NCBI GenBank assembly: GCA_009782475.1
Contig: WRIZ01000007.1
Location: forward strand, 2,132-66,131
Reading direction: 5' to 3'
DNA: 64,000 bases
DNA from: Oscillospiraceae bacterium
Lineage (GTDB): Bacteria > Bacillota > Clostridia > Oscillospirales > UBA929
In this document: positions 59,940-64,000 of the stretch, in pieces
Position numbering within the stretch: the stretch's first letter is position 1
Layout: each line of letters begins with the position of its first letter
Translations under genes and position numbers: made by a program
Notes under the pieces: generated by a model
Databases searched by the model: none
The model's input: only the letters and a program-made list of their open reading frames with translations
What the model was told of the DNA's origin: nothing

Positions 59940-60761
59940 TCAGCTTGATGATTGTAGCTCCACTCTCCAAATCCAATCCATGATCAGCGCGGCGAAAAGC
60001 GGTTCGTTGTCTATCTGTAAGTTATGCCCCGCGCAGTCCACCGCCGCGTACGTTGCCCTCGGAAACATTTCAACGAGCTTGAACGCGTCCGAGTACCCGA
60101 CGGCTTGATCCTGCCGTCCCGTGATGATACAGGACGGTTTATGGAACGGGGCTGCCTTCAAGGAATGATACAAAGGAGGGTCGCAATCCCCGTTGAAGTA
60201 GTTGGACAGAAATTCTGTATCAGAAATCTGTATCCCCGACAGAATATCAGATTTATATCTGCGGTATGTCTCCGGGGCCGCGATCACGGCATACTCCAAA
60301 AACGCGGCTAAATCCGGGTCGTCTTCCGGCGAGCCCAGTTCCGGCGACTTCCAAATGATCTGTTTCTCAGGAAGGTTTTGCCGGTCTTGCGTCACACCGG
60401 GACAAAGCAGCGCGATGCCGTTGATCCGATCCGGCATTTGGGCGGTCAGCCCCAATGTCAGATACCCGCCGAATGATTCGCCGATCACTAGGAATTGCCC
60501 TTCGGGGAGTACGGCTTGTATAAATCCTGTGAGTATTTCCAATGTATGACGCGCGTTTTGAATCCACCGGGCCGACGGGGTCTTCCCCATTCCCGGCAAG
60601 TCCACATAAATCCTGCGGTAGCTCTGTGTTTGGCTGAATATCGGCTCCAAACATCCCGACATCAGGCGGTGATCGACCCAATAGCCGTGAATGCACAATA
60701 CAGGCGTCCCTTCCCCGTATTCTTCGTAGTAAACGGGAAGTTCACGAACGGTACAGTTCAT
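59940..60761 (-). CDS. Alpha/beta hydrolase
   Basis: CIHG, VDLPGMG, GESFGG nucleophile, GRQD, AGHNLQ. Confidence 0.92.
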   Translation of the reverse strand: MNCTVRELPVYYEEYGEGTPVLCIHGYWVDHRLMSGCLEPIFSQTQSYRRIYVDLPGMGKTPSARWIQNARHTLEILTGFIQAVLPEGQFLVIGESFGGYLTLGLTAQMPDRINGIALLCPGVTQDRQNLPEKQIIWKSPELGSPEDDPDLAAFLEYAVIAAPETYRRYKSDILSGIQISDTEFLSNYFNGDCDPPLYHSLKAAPFHKPSCIITGRQDQAVGYSDAFKLVEMFPRATYAAVDCAGHNLQIDNEPLFAALIMDWIWRVELQSSS

Positions 60762-60762
60762 A

Positions 60763-62727
60763 TTACCCGTCCCCCTTCAGTTTAATGATTTGGTCACGCA
60801 ACAGCGCGGCGTACTCGAACTCCAGCATCTGCGAGGCTTTCTTCATCTCGGCCTCGAGTTTCCGCAACAGCTCCAACCGTTCTTTTTCGGTCATTTGCGT
60901 TCCGTCCGCCTTCTTTTGTGCGTCCGGCTTCTTTGACATCTCGGGCAGGTCGCCCACCTTTTTGATGATGGTTTTCGGAACGATGCCGTGTTCCGCGTTA
61001 TGCGCCATTTGTATACCCCGGCGGCGGTCGGTTTCGCCGATGGCGCGGCGCATCGAGGGGGTGATGCTGTCGGCGTAGAGGATGACCCGGCCTTCGCTGT
61101 TGCGCGCCGCCCGCCCGATGATTTGGATCAAAGACGTTTCGCTTCGTAAAAAGCCCTCTTTGTCGGCGTCGAGGATGGCGACGAGCGACACCTCGGGCAA
61201 GTCAATGCCTTCGCGCAGCAAATTGATGCCGATCAGCACGTCGAAGACGCCCAGCCGCAGGTCGCGGATCAGCTCGACCCGCTCCAAGGTGTCGATGCTG
61301 TGGTGCAGATACCGCACCTTGACGCCCAGCCGCTGGAAGTGCGCCGTCAGGTCTTCGGCCATCTTTTTGGTTAGGGTGGTGACCAGCGTCCGCTCTTTGC
61401 GTTCGGCGCGCTCGTTGATTTCATGCAGCAGATCGTCGATCTGCCCTTTAACGGGGCGGATGACCACTTCGGGGTCGATCAGCCCGGTCGGGCGGATGAC
61501 TTGCTCCACGATTTGCCCGCTCCGCTCGCGCTCGTACGGCCCGGGCGTTGCCGAAACGTAGATGATTTGATTGAGTTTATCGTTAAACTCCTCAAAATCG
61601 AGCGGGCGGTTGTCAAATGCCGACGGCAAGCGGAACCCGTAGTCGATCAGCACCGCCTTGCGGGAACGGTCGCCCTTGAACATGCCGCGTACTTGCGGCA
61701 CGGTGACGTGCGATTCGTCGATCACCAGCAGAAAGTCTTCGGGGAAATAATCGAGCAGGGTAAACGGCGTAGAGCCGCGCGGCCGCCGGGAGAGGGGGCC
61801 GGAATAGTTTTCGATGCCGGAGCAGAACCCCAGCTCGCGGATTGATTCTATGTCATACAATGTGCGCTGTTTGATCCGCTGCGCTTCCAGCAGTTTGCCT
61901 GTTTCCTCAAATTCCTTGACCACCGCCCACAGCTCTTCTTCAATGTCGCGCAAGGCTTCTTCGATGGTTTCCGGCGCGGCGATATAGTGGGTGGCGGGAT
62001 AGATGGCGGCATGGTTTAGGACGGTGCGCGGCGTCCCGGTGACGATGTCCACCTCGCTGATGCGGTCGATCTCGTCGCCGAAGAATTCGACCCGGATGGC
62101 CGTATCGTGGTTGTAAGCCGGAAAAATCTCAACCGTATCCCCCCGGACGCGGAACATATTGCGCTCAAACGCCACGTCGTTGCGGCTGTAGCGGATGGAC
62201 ACCAGCTTTTTCAGCATGGCGTTGCGCTTCATCGTCATTCCGGGGCGGAGGGAGAGGATTTGCTTTTTATAGTCGATCGGGTTGCCGAGGCCGTAAATGC
62301 ACGACACCGACGCCACAACGACAACGTCGCGGCGTTCGGCCAGCGAGGAGGTCGCACTATGGCGCAGGCGTTCGATCTCTTCATTGATTTTGCTGTCTTT
62401 CTCAATATAGGTGTCGGTGTGCGGGATATAGGCCTCGGGCTGATAGTAATCGAAGTAGGAGACGAAATACTCCACGGCGTTGTTGGGGAAATATTCTTTC
62501 AACTCGGCGCAGAGCTGTGCCGCCAGCGTTTTGTTATGCGCCAGCACCAACGTCGGGCGGCGCACCCGCTCGATGACCTTGGCCATGGTATAGGTCTTGC
62601 CCGACCCGGTGACGCCCATCAACGCCTGCTCGGTCAGGCCATTCTCCACCCCTTCGGCCAGCTGCCCGATGGCTTTGGGCTGGTCGCCCGCCGGCTGATA
62701 CGGGCTAACGACTTCAAAGTCCGGCAA
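60763..62727 (-). CDS. uvrB: Excinuclease ABC subunit B
   Basis: [35 protein letters not shown]-terminal UVR motif; TTG start 62727. Confidence 0.99.
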   Translation of the reverse strand: MPDFEVVSPYQPAGDQPKAIGQLAEGVENGLTEQALMGVTGSGKTYTMAKVIERVRRPTLVLAHNKTLAAQLCAELKEYFPNNAVEYFVSYFDYYQPEAYIPHTDTYIEKDSKINEEIERLRHSATSSLAERRDVVVVASVSCIYGLGNPIDYKKQILSLRPGMTMKRNAMLKKLVSIRYSRNDVAFERNMFRVRGDTVEIFPAYNHDTAIRVEFFGDEIDRISEVDIVTGTPRTVLNHAAIYPATHYIAAPETIEEALRDIEEELWAVVKEFEETGKLLEAQRIKQRTLYDIESIRELGFCSGIENYSGPLSRRPRGSTPFTLLDYFPEDFLLVIDESHVTVPQVRGMFKGDRSRKAVLIDYGFRLPSAFDNRPLDFEEFNDKLNQIIYVSATPGPYERERSGQIVEQVIRPTGLIDPEVVIRPVKGQIDDLLHEINERAERKERTLVTTLTKKMAEDLTAHFQRLGVKVRYLHHSIDTLERVELIRDLRLGVFDVLIGINLLREGIDLPEVSLVAILDADKEGFLRSETSLIQIIGRAARNSEGRVILYADSITPSMRRAIGETDRRRGIQMAHNAEHGIVPKTIIKKVGDLPEMSKKPDAQKKADGTQMTEKERLELLRKLEAEMKKASQMLEFEYAALLRDQIIKLKGDG

Positions 62728-62756
62728 AGGACAATCCCCCCTGTCACATACCAACC

Positions 62757-62785
62757 ATTCTAACAGAACGCTTGTACTTTGACAA
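62757..62785 (-). promoter_or_regulatory. uvrB promoter TTGTCA-N17-TAGAAT with LexA box in the spacer
   Basis: GAAC-gctt-GTAC (62766-62777), one mismatch from the Firmicute GAAC-N4-GTTC box. Confidence 0.75.
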
Positions 62786-62821
62786 GGGGGTTTGCGGAAA
62801 TATTTTATCATCCCGGCGGTT

Positions 62822-63142
62822 TCACTTCCCAATTCTCTTCGCCGCGATCGAATACACCTCGTCGTCGGCACGGGCGGCTATGACGATGATTTTCATTACA
62901 TTCTCAATGCGAATGGCCTTATAAACAACGCGCAGTCCCGTGTTTTTAAGTTTAATTTTGCAAAGACCCGTCAGGTTATATCCGTGTTTATGGCCTAAAG
63001 GGTCGCCGTAACCACCTTCGTTTCGCGGGAGAGGGTTTTTAGCAACTTTATTTAGTGATTTTTCCACTTTCATTGCCAGTGAGCGATTTAAGGCTTTCAT
63101 ATCGGCTTTCGCTTCATCTGTATGCTCAATCCTCCAACTCAT
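62822..63142 (-). CDS. RelE/ParE family toxin
   Basis: EAKADMKAL...NPLP..EGGYG.PLG......LTG..KIKL...GLRVVY...[10 protein letters not shown]. Confidence 0.9.
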   Translation of the reverse strand: MSWRIEHTDEAKADMKALNRSLAMKVEKSLNKVAKNPLPRNEGGYGDPLGHKHGYNLTGLCKIKLKNTGLRVVYKAIRIENVMKIIVIAARADDEVYSIAAKRIGK

Positions 63143-63470
63143 ATTCAAGCTCCACATCATCCATAGCGTCAATTTCGTCTTGCGTGATCCCCAATTCCGC
63201 CATTACCTGCTCGTTTGTATACGTAATTCCCGTATCATTTGCCAACCGCTCCGCCACCAACGAGTATAAGTGCATTTCGTCGATGTGCTCAACCATCGCT
63301 TTATAATATTCCGGTGCTAAGACCACTCCGGCAGGTACATTATTTTTCACAACGATCTTAAACCCGGATTTCCGCACCTCGTCGAAAATCTTACCGGCTT
63401 CACCCTTGTTGAATCGTGAGAGCGGTACAAGCGCATCCATTGCACTGCTTAGAACCATAGGATTAATCAT
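63126..63470 (-). CDS. Phd/YefM family antitoxin
   Basis: VPLSRFNKGEAGKIFDEV....KIVVKNN.P..V; overlaps the toxin gene. Confidence 0.9.
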   Translation of the reverse strand: MINPMVLSSAMDALVPLSRFNKGEAGKIFDEVRKSGFKIVVKNNVPAGVVLAPEYYKAMVEHIDEMHLYSLVAERLANDTGITYTNEQVMAELGITQDEIDAMDDVELEYELED

Positions 63471-63501
63471 GGTATTAACCTCCATATATATCATCAACAT
63501 T

Positions 63502-63530
63502 ATTATAGTATATATCTATAACAATGTCAA
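63502..63530 (-). promoter_or_regulatory. sigma-A promoter TTGACA-N17-TATAAT of phd/relE pair
   Basis: Perfect consensus. Confidence 0.85.
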
Positions 63531-63542
63531 TAGGTAAACAGC

Positions 63543-63575
63543 AAAAACCGCCGGGGAGCATCCCGGCGGTTTTTT
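63543..63575. terminator. Intrinsic terminator after cysteine synthase
   Basis: AAAAACCGCCGGG/CCCGGCGGTTTTT stem. Confidence 0.88.
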
Positions 63576-63587
63576 ACAAGCAATCCC

Positions 63588-64000
63588 TCATACCCGAAAC
63601 AAGTCGGTACTCAAATACTTCTCGCCCCGGTCGGCTAGAATGACCACCATCACGCCGCTGTCCAGTTTTTGGATCTTGCGCGTGGCGGCAAGCATGGCCG
63701 CGCCGCTGGACATGCCGACGAAGATGCCCTCTTCCAGCACGATCCGCCTGGCCGTTTCATACGCCTCTTCGGTATCGATCAGGATGCTCTCGTCGATCTC
63801 GTCAATGTTGTAAATCTCCGGCACGATGGCTTCGGCGAGATTTTTTAAGCCCTGTATGTAATGGCCTTTGACCGGCTGCGCCTCGATGATTTTGACGTCG
63901 GGGTTCCGCTCTTTGAGCATCATGCCCACGCCCATCAGCGTCCCCGATGTGCCGAGAGCCGAAACGAAATGGGTCACACGGCCTTCGGTCTGCTCCCATA
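63588..64000 (-). CDS. Cysteine synthase (CysK/CysM family), 3' part only
   Basis: IWEQT.G...HFV..LGTSGTLMG, IQGL, EEGIFVGMSSGA, DRGEKYLST. Confidence 0.93.
   Translation of the reverse strand, partial: WEQTEGRVTHFVSALGTSGTLMGVGMMLKERNPDVKIIEAQPVKGHYIQGLKNLAEAIVPEIYNIDEIDESILIDTEEAYETARRIVLEEGIFVGMSSGAAMLAATRKIQKLDSGVMVVILADRGEKYLSTDLFRV

Overview
This 64 kb window looks like chromosome of a sporulating, flagellated Clostridia-type Firmicute. The evidence is ylmC/ytaF/yhfW-type genes, CIRCE-groESL, ARG boxes, a Gram-positive LexA box and FMN riboswitch-ribU. The housekeeping backbone is groESL, argGHCJB-DF, cheRBD-slt-flgBC-fliEFGHIJ-motE-nadE, a Zn ABC transporter, recD2-comF, ribU, uvrB-uvrA and cysK/M. 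It is repeatedly interrupted by small AT-richer accessory genes: five type II-like TA pairs, two antibiotic-nucleotidyltransferase-like genes, hemicellulases, a serpin and others. I recognised no integrase, transposase, tRNA, rRNA or CRISPR array. Main observations: (1) an unannotated type I toxin-antitoxin-like locus encoding a 24-aa cationic amphipathic peptide (1324-1620); (2) a two-copy structured repeat with compensatory base changes, one copy between argJ and argB and one inside the FMN riboswitch aptamer; (3) several accessory genes bounded by direct repeats that copy the host stop/RBS/start or terminator junction, suggesting recombinase-free gene capture; (4) a NadE with a degenerate glutaminase triad; (5) an apparent ACG start codon for recD2. 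All calls come from reading the sequence and recalled family motifs; no database searches were run.
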